A stretch of 64,000 nt of DNA from Anaeramoeba ignava BMAN (Eukaryota > Protista > Anaeramoebae): NCBI GenBank assembly GCA_028826165.1, contig JAPDFW010000080.1, forward strand, positions 248,001 through 312,000. Direction: 5' to 3'. How positions within the stretch are numbered: the first letter of the stretch is position 1; every line of letters starts with the position of its first letter. Under the pieces are notes generated by a model. That model searched no databases, had not been told where the DNA came from, and saw only the letters and a program-made list of their open reading frames with translations. A program made the translations under genes and the position numbers. Positions 12,649 to 26,056 of the stretch are shown here, in pieces.

Positions 12649-13831
12649 ATGATAAGATTACCTGAACATACTGTTAATCTTCCTGAACCTTTTGAATCTT
12701 TTCTTTTACCTGAAGGAACTAAAAAGTTTTTTATTCTATTTTCTTTATTTCTTTTCCAAAAATTTTTATTTTTATTTTTAATTTTAATTTATATTTTTTT
12801 TATTAGAATTACAATTGAACCAGATGAAAGAACTCCAAATTCTGTTACTTGTATTATTGAAAAAGAAACACATACAATAGGAAATCTACTTAGAATGTAA
12901 AAAAAAAATCGAGGAATTATTTTAATTTTATCAATTTATTTATTAAGCAATTTATCAAGCAATTTATCAAACTATTTCTCAAGCAATTTATTTAATAATT
13001 TATTAAACAATTTATCAAACAATTTATCAAACTATTTATCAAACAATTTATCAAGCAGTTTATTAAGCAATTTATTAAACAATTTATCAAACTATTTAAT
13101 AAACTATTTATTAAACTATTTATTAAACAATTTATTAAACAATTTATTAAACAATTTAATAAACTATTTATTAAACAATTTATTAAACAATTTATTAAAC
13201 AATTTATTAAATAATTTATTAAATAATTTATTAAATAATTTATTAAACAATTTATTAAATAATTTATTAAATAATTTATTAAATAATTTATTAAACAATT
13301 TATTAAACAATTTATTAAATAATTTATTAAATAATTTATTAAATAATTTATTAAACAATTTATTAAATAATTTATTAAGCAATTTATTAAACAATTTATT
13401 AAACAATTTATTAAACAATTTATTAAATAATTTATTAAATAATTTATTAAACAATTTATTAAACAATTTATTAAACAATTTATTAATTTATCAAACTATT
13501 TATCAAACTATTTCTCAAATAATTTATTAAACAATTTATTAAATAATTTATTAAACAATTTATTAAATAATTTATTAAATAATTTATCAAGCAATTTATC
13601 AAATAATTTATTAAACAATTTATTAAACAATTTATCAAGCAATTTATTAAATAATTTATTAAACAATTTATTAAACAATTTATTTATTTATTAAACAATT
13701 TATTAAATAATTTATTAAATAATTTATTAAATAATTTATTAAGCAATTTATTAAACAATTTATCAAACTATTTATTAAACAATTTATTAAATAATTTATT
13801 AAACAATTTATTAAACAATTTATTAAACAAT

Positions 13832-13930
<99 letters not shown>

Positions 13931-14138
13931 TTAATACAAAAGGAAATTATTAGAAGATCCAAATGTTTTATTTGCTGGATATAAAGTTCCACATCCACTT
14001 GAACATAAAGTTGTTTTAAGAGTTCAAACTCAAAATTCAGATCCAACAACAGCAATTAAACAATCTCTTGATTCTCTTATCAAAGATTGCGATCTTTTAG
14101 AAAAACAATTTAAAGAAAAAACAAAACATGATTTGTAG
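12649..14138 (+). CDS. RPB11: RNA polymerase II subunit RPB11
   Basis: Exons 12649-12725, 12807-12896, 13943-14138. NLPEPFESFLL, EKETHTIGNLLRM, DPNVLFAGYKVPHPLEH. Confidence 0.96.
12930..13932. repeat. Intronic 12-mer (AATTTATTAAAC/T)n followed by (TTTA)n
   Basis: RPB11 intron 2. Confidence 0.95.
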
Positions 14139-14281
14139 AGAAAAAAAAAAGATTTAACAAAGAAAAATAAAAAAAAATAAAGAAAATTAAAAGAATTTTG
14201 TTTAAATTTTTTTGTTGAAAGAAAAAAAAAAATTCTCATCAAATTGATCAAAAAAAAAAGTTAAAAAAAAAAATTCCAATT

Positions 14282-17200
14282 TTATTTAATTCCTAATCCT
14301 GCATTTTTACCAGCTTCTCTTCCAAAAACAACACATTCTGCTAAACTATTTCCAGCTAAACGATTTTGTCCATGAAGTCCACCAGTTACTTCTCCAGCTG
14401 CAAATAAATTAGGAATTGGTTGATCATTCAAATCTAAAACTTGAGTTTTTTCATTAAATGAAATTCCTCCCATGCAATAATGAACAACAGGAGTAATATA
14501 AATCAGATCTAATTTTAAAATTTGAATAATATTAATTTTTTTTGATTTTTTTTGATTTTGATTTTTTTACATAATTTTTCTTCAAATTTAAAAGATTTAA
14601 CTGGGAAAACTTTTTTTCCAAAAGGATCTTCCATTTTTGAATTCGCAATATCAGAATATTGTTCTAATGTTGATTTGAGAACTTCTGGATCTATTCCAAT
14701 TTTATCACATAATTCTTGACCATTTTCAAAAGGTTGAACTAAACCTTTTTCTGAAATGATTTAATTTAATATTTAATATTTAATATTTTATATTTAATAT
14801 TTTATATTTAATATTTAATATTTAATATTTAATATTTATATTTAATATTTAATATTTAATATTTAATATTTATATTTTATATTTTATATTTAATATTAAT
14901 ATTTAATATTTAATATTTAATATTTATATTTAATATTTAATATTTAATATTTAATATTTTATATTTAATATTTTATATTTAATATTTATATTTATATTTT
15001 ATATTTTATATTTAATATTTATTATTTATTATTTATTATTTATATTTATTATTTATATTTTTATATTTATTATTTATTATTTATATTTAATATTTTATAT
15101 TTAATATTTTATATTTAATATTTATATTTTTATATTTTATATTAATATTTAATATTTAATATTTTATATTTATATTTTATATTTTATATTTTATATTTAA
15201 TATTTTATATTTTATATTCATTATTTAATATTTAATATTTTATATTTATATTTGATATTTAATATTTAATATTTAATATTTTATATTTAATATTTTATAT
15301 TTAATATTTAATATTTAATATTTAATATTTAATATTTATATTTTATATTTAATATTTAATATTTTATATTTAATATTTTATATTTAATATTTTATATTTA
15401 ATATTTTATATTTTTATATTTAATATTTAATATTTTATATTTTATATTTTATATTAAATATTTAATATTTTTATATTTAATATTTTATATTTTATATTAA
15501 ATATTTATATTTAATATTTAATATTTAATATTCATTATTTAATATTTAATATTTAATATTTAATATTTATATTTTTATATTTATTATTTAATATTTTTAT
15601 ATTTTAATATTTTTATATTTTTATATTTTTATATTTAATATTTTATATTTTATATTCATTATTTAATATTTTATATTTATATTTAATATTTAATATTTAA
15701 TATTTAATATTTAATATTTTATATTTTATATTTAATATTTAATATTTTATATTTAATATTTTTATATTTAATATTTTATATTAAATGATTTAATATTTAT
15801 TATTTATATTTAATATTTAATATTTTATATTTATATTTAATATTTAATATTTAATATTTTATATTTTATATTAATATTTTATATTTAATATTTTATATTT
15901 AATATTTTATATTTAATATTTAATATTTATATTTAATATTTAATATTTTATATTTAATATTTAATATTTAATATTTAATATTTAATATTTAATATTTAAT
16001 ATTTAATATTTATATTTTATATTTTATATTTAATTATTTATTATTTATATTTAATATTTATTATTTAATATTTTATATTTATTATTTAATATTTAATATT
16101 TTATATTTAATAATTACTTTGATAAAACCCAAGCATTATTGGATCAAAAATATCAGCAGCTTCTTGATTCAAAATTAAAAGAGCAATAAAAGGCATTTTA
16201 AGAGGATCTTTTCCATTTGGAGGAGGGAATCTATTTTTCTGAGATAAAATAGCATTTGTAACATGATCTCTTCTACCCAGTTCATTAACAAACCGGATAC
16301 CATTAGTATTCAAAATGATACCACCCGAAGCACGAAGAGCTTCAGGAGCAAGAAAAACCGAAAGAGAATCAGGTTGAGAAGGATTTAAAAAGCCAGTAGG
16401 ATGAAGTTGCACTTTGTCCATATGAACTAATTTTGCGCCAATTTTTCGCGCTAATTTAATTCCTTCTCCTTTAGTGAATCCCCCATTTGTAGTCGGTATT
16501 TCAAGCAGATCTTCTCGGTATTCATTTAGTAATGATCCTGTACTTCGATCTGCTCCCCATCCTCCTGTTGTTAATACTATTCCTTCTCCAAATAACTCCT
16601 TTTCATCTCCACTTGTTAGATTTTTGTATTTGATCCCAATTACTTCCTTTTTTTTGTTCGTTAAAAGATCAATTACTTCAATTCCCGTTAATATTGTAAT
16701 ATTTGTGCTTTTTTTATAATTGTTTTTTTTTATCCAAATTTAATTTATTTTAATTTAATTTTTTTATCCGATTTTAATTTTTTTATCCGATTTTAATTTT
16801 TTTATCCGATTTTAATTTTTTTATTTTACTTCTTTTTTGTATATTCATGCAAAGTTTTTATAATTGTAAAACCAACATTTTCAGGTTTCCCATCTTCTCT
16901 TGGAATTGAACGATGAGTTCTTGGTTGCTAAAAATATTCAAATATAAATTGATTTAATATTTAATAATTTATTTTATATTTGATTTAATAATTTATTTAA
17001 TAATTTATTTAATAATTTGATTTAATATTTAATTTAATATTTAATATTTTATTTAATATTTGATTTAATATTTAATTTAATATTTAATATTTAATTTAAT
17101 ATTTAATATTTGATTTAATATTTGATTTAATATTTTATTTAATATTTGATTTAATATTTTATTTAATATTTTGATTTAAATATTTGATTTAATATTTAAT

Positions 17201-18487
17201 TTAATATTTAATTTAATATTTTATTTAATATTTAATATTTGATTTAATATTTGATTTAATATTTAATAATTTATTTAATATTTGATTTAATATTTGATTT
17301 AATATTTTATTTAATATTTTTATTTAATATTTTATTTAATATTTAATATTTTTATTTAATATTTGATTTAATATTTAATTTAATATTTAATTTAATATTT
17401 TATTTAATATTTAATATTTGATTTAATATTTGATTTAATATTTGATTTAATATTTGATTTAATATTTAATAATTTATTTAATATTTAATATTTTATTTAA
17501 TAATTTATTTAATATTTAATATTTAATATTTTATTTAATAATTTATTTAATATTTAATATTTAATATTTTATTTAATAATTTATTTAATATTTAATATTT
17601 AATATTTTATTTAATATTTAATATTTAATAATTGATTTAATATTTAATATTTAATATTTAATATTTTGATTTAATATTTAATATTTGATTTAATATTTGA
17701 TTTAATATTTAATTTTTGATTTAATATTTAATATTTGATTTAATATTTTATTTAATATTTGATTTAATATTTTATTTAATATTTTGATTTAAATATTTGA
17801 TTTAATATTTAATTTAATATTTAATTTAATATTTTATTTAATATTTAATATTTGATTTAATATTTGATTTAATATTTGATTTAATATTTGATTTAATATT
17901 TAATAATTTATTTAATATTTTATTTAATAATTGATTTAATATTTTATTTAATATTTTATTTAATAATTTATTTAATATTTGATTTAATATTTGATTTAAT
18001 ATTTTATTTAATATTTTATTTAATAATTTATTTAATAATAAAGTACAGAATGACCACCACATTGAGAAAGAACATCCAAATTGACACCTTTTTGAGTTAA
18101 GAAATTAATAGCATCAGCAGAATCTTTAGTTAATTTATTAACAAGAACAAGAGAAGATAAGCCATCACCAGAACGAAGGGTATCATTAATATACAAATCC
18201 AAAGAATCTTTTGAATGAGATTTTTTTTGAGTTTCAGAATCAACAGCGTTAATACCCGAACTTGCTTTTGCACTGTTTCCTCCAACTCGTGGCTCTTTTT
18301 CTATCAATATTACTTCGCTTCCTTGATTGTATGCCTCGATTGATGCTGAAAATCCTGCTAATCCTGCACCAATTACTATTACTCTTCTTCTTATGTTTTT
18401 TCCTTTTTGTTCTTCTTGAATGTTTAAATATAATGCAATTGAACTGAAAAGTACTATTCCAGAAATTATTGCTAACTTCGATACCAT
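14282..18487 (-). CDS. FAD-dependent fumarate reductase (Osm1/Frd1, flavocytochrome-c flavin-subunit type) with N-terminal hydrophobic segment
   Basis: Introns 18046-16928, 16829-16708, 16117-14751, 14570-14509. VIVIGAGLAG, GGNSAKASSGINA, QLHPTG, EALRASGG, NELGRRD, HYCMGG, GGLHGQNRLAGNSL. Confidence 0.93.
14760..16110. repeat. Intronic 7-mer (TAATATT)n
   Basis: Fumarate reductase intron 3. Confidence 0.95.
16945..18040. repeat. Intronic 7/12-mer (TTTGATTTAATA / TAATATT)n
   Basis: Fumarate reductase intron 1. Confidence 0.95.
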
Positions 18488-18492
18488 TTCTA

Positions 18493-18545
18493 AAATGAAA
18501 AATGAAAAATGAAAAATGAAAAATGAAAAATGAAAAATGAAAAAA
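18493..18545 (-). promoter_or_regulatory. Tandem initiator-like array (TTTTTCA)x7 immediately upstream of the fumarate reductase ATG
   Basis: Plus strand reads (AAAAATG)x7; the array ends a few nt before the ATG at 18487. Confidence 0.55.
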
Positions 18546-18552
18546 ATTTCCA

Positions 18553-19092
18553 AATATTCAATTCAATTCAATATTCAATATTTAATTCAATTCAATATTT
18601 AATTCAATTCAATTCAATATTCAATTCAATATTTAATTCAATATTCAATTCAATATTTAATATTTAATATTCAATTCAATATTCAATTCAATTCAATATT
18701 TAATATTCAATTCAATATTTAATATTCAATATTCAATTCAATATTTAATATTCAATTCAATATTTAATATTTAATATTCAATTCAATATTCAATTCAATA
18801 TTCAATATTCAATATTCAATTCAATATTTAATATTCAATTTAATATTTAATTCAATATTCAATTCAATATTTAATTCAATATTCAATTCAATATTTAATT
18901 TAATATTCAATTCAATATTCAATTCAATATTCAATTCAATATTCAATTCAATTTAATATTTAATATTTAATTCAATATTTAATATTCAATATTCAATTTA
19001 ATATTTAATATTCAATATTCAATTCAATATTCAATTCAATATTTAATATTCAATTTAATTCAATATTCAATTCAATATTTAATTTAATATTT
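18553..19092. repeat. Intergenic (AATTC/AATATTC)n satellite
   Basis: Lies between the LRR gene 3' end and the fumarate reductase start. Confidence 0.92.
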
Positions 19093-19218
19093 AAGATTCA
19101 AAATATTTGTTTTCAATTTTTTAATCAGTTAATCCGTCTTTTATTATTTCAAACTAAATCTCAAAAAAAAATTTTTTTTGCTTTTCTTCTTGTTTTGTTT
19201 TGTTTTGTTTCGTTGCAA

Positions 19219-20184
19219 TTAAACCTTCACTTTAAAAGTAGAAAAAAATCTCATTGATCTTCTTTTTGTAAAACCTTGGTTTTCTAAATGAGTAATTTGA
19301 CAATAAGGATTCCCAGAATCCTCAACAATCAAGGAATTAATATCAGGAGTTTTCGCAATCTGATTGCTTCTTATATCAACAAAATCAAAGCTCAAGTTTG
19401 AAAAAGTAAGGGGTAAAAATTCAATCAAATTATTTGCAATTGATAAAGTTAATAAAGAATTAAGTTTTCCAAATTCATTTGGCAATTGCTTAATCAAGTT
19501 GTTTGACAAATGGGCACTTGTGAGTTTAGATAAGTTGCAAAAGGAATCAGGGATTGTTGTGATTTGATTGTCACGAAGATATAAATATTGGAGAGAGGAG
19601 AGTTCCTCGACCTCCTTTGGAATAAAAACAATTGAATTATGATCAAGATTGAGCCAAATCAAGGTCTTCAGCTCACAAAGAGCAGGAGGAATCTCTATGA
19701 TTTGGTTGTTGGAAATGGACAATCCTTTCAGTTTTGATAATTTGCTGATCTTTTCTTTGATATAAGTCACTTTGTTGAAGTCCAACCCAAGGTTTTGTAA
19801 TGTTACTAAATTAAAAATACAATCAGGAATTTCTTCAAATTGATTGTGATGTAATTGAAGGGATACTAAAGACTGTAATTTTTCCATTTCCGTTGGTAAC
19901 GTTGTTAATCGGTTGTATGATAAATCGAGTTTCTTCAAGTTTTTGAATACTTTCATAGACGCTCCGCTTGATATTGAATTGATTGGAAAAGTTCGGAAAT
20001 TGTGCTCAGAAAAAACTGTCATATTTGATGTTTGTTTTGTGTCATCCGTTATTGTTAAAAATATTGATTTGAATTCTTCTTTTTCTCGTTTCTCGAGATC
20101 TTTTTGCTCTTTCTTCGCAATTTTGATCGCTAGTTTATCTTTTCTTTTTTGATCTTTGAATTGTTTTGTTTGTCTTTTATCCAT
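19219..20184 (-). CDS. Leucine-rich repeat protein (~8-9 LRRs, basic N-terminus), intronless
   Basis: Repeated LxxLxLxxNxIxxIP at 23-aa spacing. Confidence 0.92.
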   Translation of the reverse strand: MDKRQTKQFKDQKRKDKLAIKIAKKEQKDLEKREKEEFKSIFLTITDDTKQTSNMTVFSEHNFRTFPINSISSGASMKVFKNLKKLDLSYNRLTTLPTEMEKLQSLVSLQLHHNQFEEIPDCIFNLVTLQNLGLDFNKVTYIKEKISKLSKLKGLSISNNQIIEIPPALCELKTLIWLNLDHNSIVFIPKEVEELSSLQYLYLRDNQITTIPDSFCNLSKLTSAHLSNNLIKQLPNEFGKLNSLLTLSIANNLIEFLPLTFSNLSFDFVDIRSNQIAKTPDINSLIVEDSGNPYCQITHLENQGFTKRRSMRFFSTFKVKV

Positions 20185-20279
20185 TTAATTTTTTTAAAAG
20201 GAAATGAAAAAAAAATGAAAAAAAATGAAAAAAAATGAATTTTGATTTTTTTGGAAAATTTTTTTTTCCATTTTTTTTA

Positions 20280-21312
20280 TTTTGGATTTTGATTTTGATA
20301 TTGATTTTGATTTTGATTTTGATTTTCATTTTGATTTTCATTTTGATTTTGATTTTGATTTTTATTTTGATTTTGATTTTTATTTTTATTTTGATTTTGA
20401 TTTTGATTTTGATTTTGATTTTGATTTTGATTTTGATTTATATTTTGATTTTGATTTTGATTTTGATTTTGATTTTGATTTTGATTTTGATTTTGATTTT
20501 GATTTTGATTTTGATTTTGATTTTGATTTTGATTTTGATTTTGATTTATATTTTGATATTGATTTTGATTTTGATTTTAATTTTGATTTTGATTTTGATT
20601 TTGATTTATATTTTTATTTTGATTTTGGTTTTGATATTGATTTAAATTTTTATTTTGATTTTGATTTTGATTTTGAATTTGAATTTTAATTTTGATTTAG
20701 ATTTATATTTTCAAATTGATATTGATATTGATTTTGATATTGATTTTGATTTTGATTTTGATTTTGATTTTGATTTTGATTTTGATTTTGATTTTGATTT
20801 TGATTTTGATTTTGATTTTGATTTTGATTTTGATTTTGATTTTGATTTTGATTTTGATTTTGATTTTGATTTTGATTTTGATTTTGATTTTGATTTATAT
20901 TTTGATTTTGATTTATATTTTGATTTTTATTTTGGATTTTGATATTGATATTGATTTTGATTTTGATTTTGATTTTGGATTTTGATATTTATTTTGATTT
21001 TGATTTTTATTTTGGATTTTGATATTTATTTTGATTTTGATTTTTATTTTGGATTTTTATTTTGGATTTTGATTTTGATTTTGATTTTGATTTTGATTTT
21101 GATTTTCAATTTAATTTTAATTTTAATTTTGATTTTGATATTGATATTTATTTTGATTTTGAATTTGAATTTGATTTTGATTTTGATTTTGATTTTGATT
21201 TTGATTTTGATTTTGATTTTGATTTTGATTTTCATTTTGATTTTGATTTTTATTTTTAATTTTAATATTGATTTAAATTTATATTTTCAAATTGATATTG
21301 ATATTGATTTTC
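20280..21312. repeat. Intergenic (GATTTT)n microsatellite
   Basis: Lies between the divergent LRR and GATA genes. Confidence 0.95.
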
Positions 21313-21577
21313 AATTTTTCAAGTTTGAAAAAAAAGATTTTTGGATTCCACTTTGGAAAGGAGAAAAAAAAAAGAAAGGAGAAAAAAAAAAAAGAACAAA
21401 AAAAAAAGAACAAAAAAAAAAATTTTTTATTTTTGCTTCTTTAAATCTATTTTAAGAAAAGTCAACTTACTCCAAAATTTTAAATTTATTTTTTTTCTTT
21501 TGTTTTTTATTTGTTTTTTTATTTTATCATTTTTTAAAAAAAAAAAAAAAAAAGCTTTCACAAAAAAATTATTGTAA

Positions 21578-24500
21578 ATGATCAACACTAAACCCAAAAA
21601 GATATGTTCAAATCCAAATTGTCAAACCGAACAATCCGTTTCTTGGAGAAAAATTGAGAATAGTTATTATTGTAACGCTTGTGGGATTTATTTAATAAGA
21701 AATAAAAAAATGAGGGTTATAAAACAAAGAAAAACCCAAAGTCAACTTTTAAAAAAGGCAAATAATCCAAAAAAACAAAAATGTCCAAATACTGAAAAAA
21801 CACCTCATTTAAAGCAAGAATTATCACTTACAATCCCTTTTCATGACGTTCAAAATGAAAGCAATAATCTTGTTACAATCTCCCATTCAAATTCCCTTTC
21901 AGGAATTGACCAATCCCTAAAAAAAACATATGAACAGTTCAAAAACCTTTCGAATAGCCAATTCCATATAAAATTGAATAAGCAATTAACTGAAAAATTT
22001 AAAAAAAAAATTCAAGAACATTTGGACAAGCAAAGAACAATTAAACTCCAAGCACAAACAAATGAACAAAACACAAGGTTTTGATCCTTTCTTAATAAAA
22101 ACATTTTTTTTTGTTTTAATCAAATTTTAAATCAAATATTTAATCAAATTTTTAATCAAATTTTTAATCAAATTTTTAATCAAATTTTTAATCAAATTTT
22201 TAATCAAATATTTAATCAAATTTTTAATCAAATTTTTAATCAAATTTTTAATCAAATTTTAAATCAAATATTTAATCAAATTTTAAATCTTAAATATTAA
22301 ATATTTAAAATTAAATATTAAATCAAAAATTAAATATTAAATATTAAATATTAAAGATTAAATATTAAATAATAAATTAAATATTAAATAATTAAATATT
22401 AAATATTAAATATTAAATAATAAATATTAAATAATAAATATTAAATATCAAATATTAAATATCAAATATTAAATATTAAATAATAAATATCAAATATTAA
22501 ATATCAAAATTAAATATTAAATATTAAATATTAAATATTAAATATTAAATATTAAATATTAAATAATAAATATTAAATAATGAATATAAAAATATTAAAT
22601 ATTAAATATAAAATATTAAATATTAAATATTAAATATTAAATATTAAATATTAAATATTAAATATTAAATATAAAATATTAAATAATAAATATCAAATAA
22701 TAAATATTAAATATTAAATATTAAATATTAAATATAAAATATTAAATAATAAATATCAAATAATAAATATTAAATATTAAATATTAAATCTTTAAATATT
22801 AAATCAAATCTAAAAATATTAAATATTAAATATTAAATATTAAATATTAAATATTAAATATCAAATATTAAATATCAAATATTAAATATTAAATATTAAA
22901 TAATAAATATTAAATATTAAATATTAAATATTAAATATTAAATATTAAATATTAAATATTAAATATTAAATATTAAATATTAAATATTAAATCAAATATT
23001 AAATATTAAAATAATAAATAATAAATATTAAATATCAAATATTAAAATAATAAATATTAAATAATAAATATTAAATATTAAATTTTAAATATTAAATCAT
23101 AAATAATAAATATTAAATAATTAATATTAAATATTAAATTAAATAATAAATATTAAATATTAAATATTAAATCAAATATTAAATATTAAATTAAATATTA
23201 AATAATAAATATCAAATATTAAATATTAAAATCAAATATTAAATATTAAATAATAAATATTAAATAATAAAATATTAAATATTAAATCAAATATTAAATA
23301 ATAAATATTAAATAATAAATATTAAATATAAATATTAAATTAAAATATTAAATCAAATATTAAAAATATTAAATATTAAATATTAAATATTAAAAATAAT
23401 AAATATTAAATAAATAATAAATATTAAATAATAAATATTAAATATTAAATTAAATATTAAATTAAATAAAATTAAAAATAACAAAAAAAAAATAAATAAT
23501 AAATAATAAAATTAAATATTAAATAATAAATATTAAATATTAAAATTAAATATTAAATATTAAATATTAAATATTAAATAATAAATAATAAATATTTAAT
23601 ATTAAATATTAAATATTAAATATTAAATATTAAATATTTAATATTAAATATTAAATAATAAATATTAAATATTAAATAATAAATAATAAATATTAAATAT
23701 TAAATATTAAATATTAAATATTAAATATTAAATATTAAATATTAAATAATAAATATTAAATATTAAATATTAAATAATAAATATTAAATATTAAATATTA
23801 AATATTAAATATTAAATATTAAATATTAAATCAAATATTAAATATTAAATATTAAATATTAAATAATAAATATTAAATCAAATATTAAATATTAAATATT
23901 AAATATCAAATATTAAATATTAAATATTAAATAAAAATATTAAATATTAAAATTAAATATTAAATATTAAATATTAAATATTAAATATTAAATATTAAAT
24001 ATTAAATATTAAATCAAATATTAAATATTAAATATTAAATATTAAATAATAAATATTAAATCAAATATTAAATATCAAATAATAAATATCAAATAATAAA
24101 TATTAAATATTAAAAATTAAATATTAAATATTAAATATTAAATATTAAATATTAAATATTAAATATTAAATATTAAATCATAAATATTAAATAATAAATA
24201 TTAAATATTAAATATTAAATATTAAATATTAAATCAAATATTAAATATTAAATATTAAATATTAAATATTAAATATTAAATCAAATATTAAATATTAAAT
24301 CTTAAATTAAATCTTAAATATTAAATTGATAAAAGAAATTGGTTAAATGGAAAAAATTATTAAAATTTAATAAATTTTTTTTTTTTGATCAAAGAAAAAA
24401 TTTATTTTTTTTTCCAACAATCAAATTTTTGTATTATTAACGAATTGTAAAATTTTTTTATTTTCCAAAACAGTCAATCAATCCCAAATACAAACTTCCA

Positions 24501-25836
24501 AATTCACTCAAATCAAATGAAAAGAAATATTGAACAAAAAGAAAAAGAAACTCTTAAAAAAAGAAGAAACATCAAATCAAAAAACTCCAAATCAAAAAAT
24601 GAAAATGAAAACGAAAATCAAATTGAAATTGAAAATGAAAATCAAATTGAAAATCAAATTGAAATTGAAAATGAAATTGAAAATGAAATTGAAAATGAAA
24701 TTGAAATTGAAAATGAAAATGAAAATGAAAATGAAAATGAAAATCAAAATCAAATTGAAAATGAAAATGAAATTGAAAATGAAAATCAAAATCAAAATCA
24801 AAATCAAATTGAAAATCAAATTGAAAATGAAAATCAAATTGAAATTGAAAATCAAATTGAAAATCAAAATCAAAATCAAAATCAAATTGAAAATCAAATT
24901 GAAAATCAAATTGAAAATGAAAATGAAAATCAAATTGAAAATGAAATTGAAAATCAAATTGAAAATCAAATTGAAAATCAAATTGAAAATCAAATTGAAA
25001 ATCAAAATCAAAATCAAATTGAAATTGAAATTGAAAATCAAATTGAAAATCAAATTGAAAATCAAATTGAAAATGAAATTGAAAATCAAAATCAAAATCA
25101 AAATAAAAATAAAAATCAAATTGAAAATGAAAATCAAAATAAAATTCAAATTCAAAATCAAAATCAAAATCAAAATCAAAATCAAAATCAAAATAAAAAT
25201 AAAAATCAAAATCAAATTCAAAATCAAAATAAAAATCAAAATCAAACTCCAAAGTTGTTAAATAATCAAACTCCAATACTATCTTTAAATCAATATTTTG
25301 TTCCAACTTTTCCATTTTTTCACATACCAAATTTAATTGATTCACCACAACAGAATTCAAATTTGATGAAAGAGCATGAAAACCAAAAGAACTACGATTT
25401 GCAACAATATTATTTAAAGAATTATTTAAAGAAACCTGAAGCTATTCCGCCAATAAAATTAATCAATCAAAAAACGGATTTTCTTGAAAAGGAAAATACA
25501 AATAAATTACCAAAAAAACTTGAAATTGAACCAGGAGATTGTGTGAAAATAAGAACAATTTCGGGACATAAAATTTTTGCAATTATTAATTGTGTTCTTG
25601 GAAATGAATCAAAATCTTCACAGTTTTTCACAATAAATAGACTTGTTCCAAAAGATCCACAAATATTTAAAAATAAAAATAAAAATAAAAATAAAAATAA
25701 AAAACATAAATTGAATTCAATCAATGATTTCTTAATTATGGGAATTGATAATTTGATTTATCCTATTAATTGTATATCAAAAAAGCTTGATTTTAAAGTT
25801 GATTCTTCTTTCATCAATAAAAAGAATTTGAAATGA
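21578..25836 (+). CDS. GATAD1: GATA zinc-finger protein with N/Q/E/I tract and C-terminal BAH-like domain (GATAD1-like); two ORFs joined by a predicted intron 22078-24473
   Basis: CSNPNC..SVSWR..YCNACG finger. The AG|GT donor at 22078 and CAG|T acceptor at 24473 join in frame to ORF 24517-25836. C-terminal [12 protein letters not shown]...FAII...INRLVP resembles the GATAD1 C-domain. The acceptor choice is uncertain. Confidence 0.65.
22115..24325. repeat. 12-mer (TTTTAATCAAAT)n followed by 7-mer (AATATTA)n
   Basis: Predicted GATA-gene intron. Confidence 0.95.
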
Positions 25837-25980
25837 ATTTTGATTTATTTTTATTTTTATTTGTTTCTTTTCATTTCTAAAATAAAAATTAAAATCTAAA
25901 TTAAAATTAAAATCTAAATTAAAATTAAAATCTAATTTATTTATTCAAAACAAATTTGACGTTTTTGAATAAATAAATTT

Positions 25981-26052
25981 TTTTTCATTTTTTCATTTTT
26001 CATTTTTCATTTTTCATTTTTTCATTTTTCATTTTTCATTTTTCATTTTTTT
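25981..26052 (+). promoter_or_regulatory. Tandem initiator-like array T(5-6)CA x9 upstream of the MSP gene ATG
   Basis: Directly visible; sense orientation. Confidence 0.55.
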
Positions 26053-26056
26053 CGAA

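Noticed and set aside
11851-20184. Ras plus LRR gene as a functional (SHOC2-like) cluster
   Set aside because: They are separated by unrelated genes, LRR proteins are abundant, and there is no evidence of linkage.
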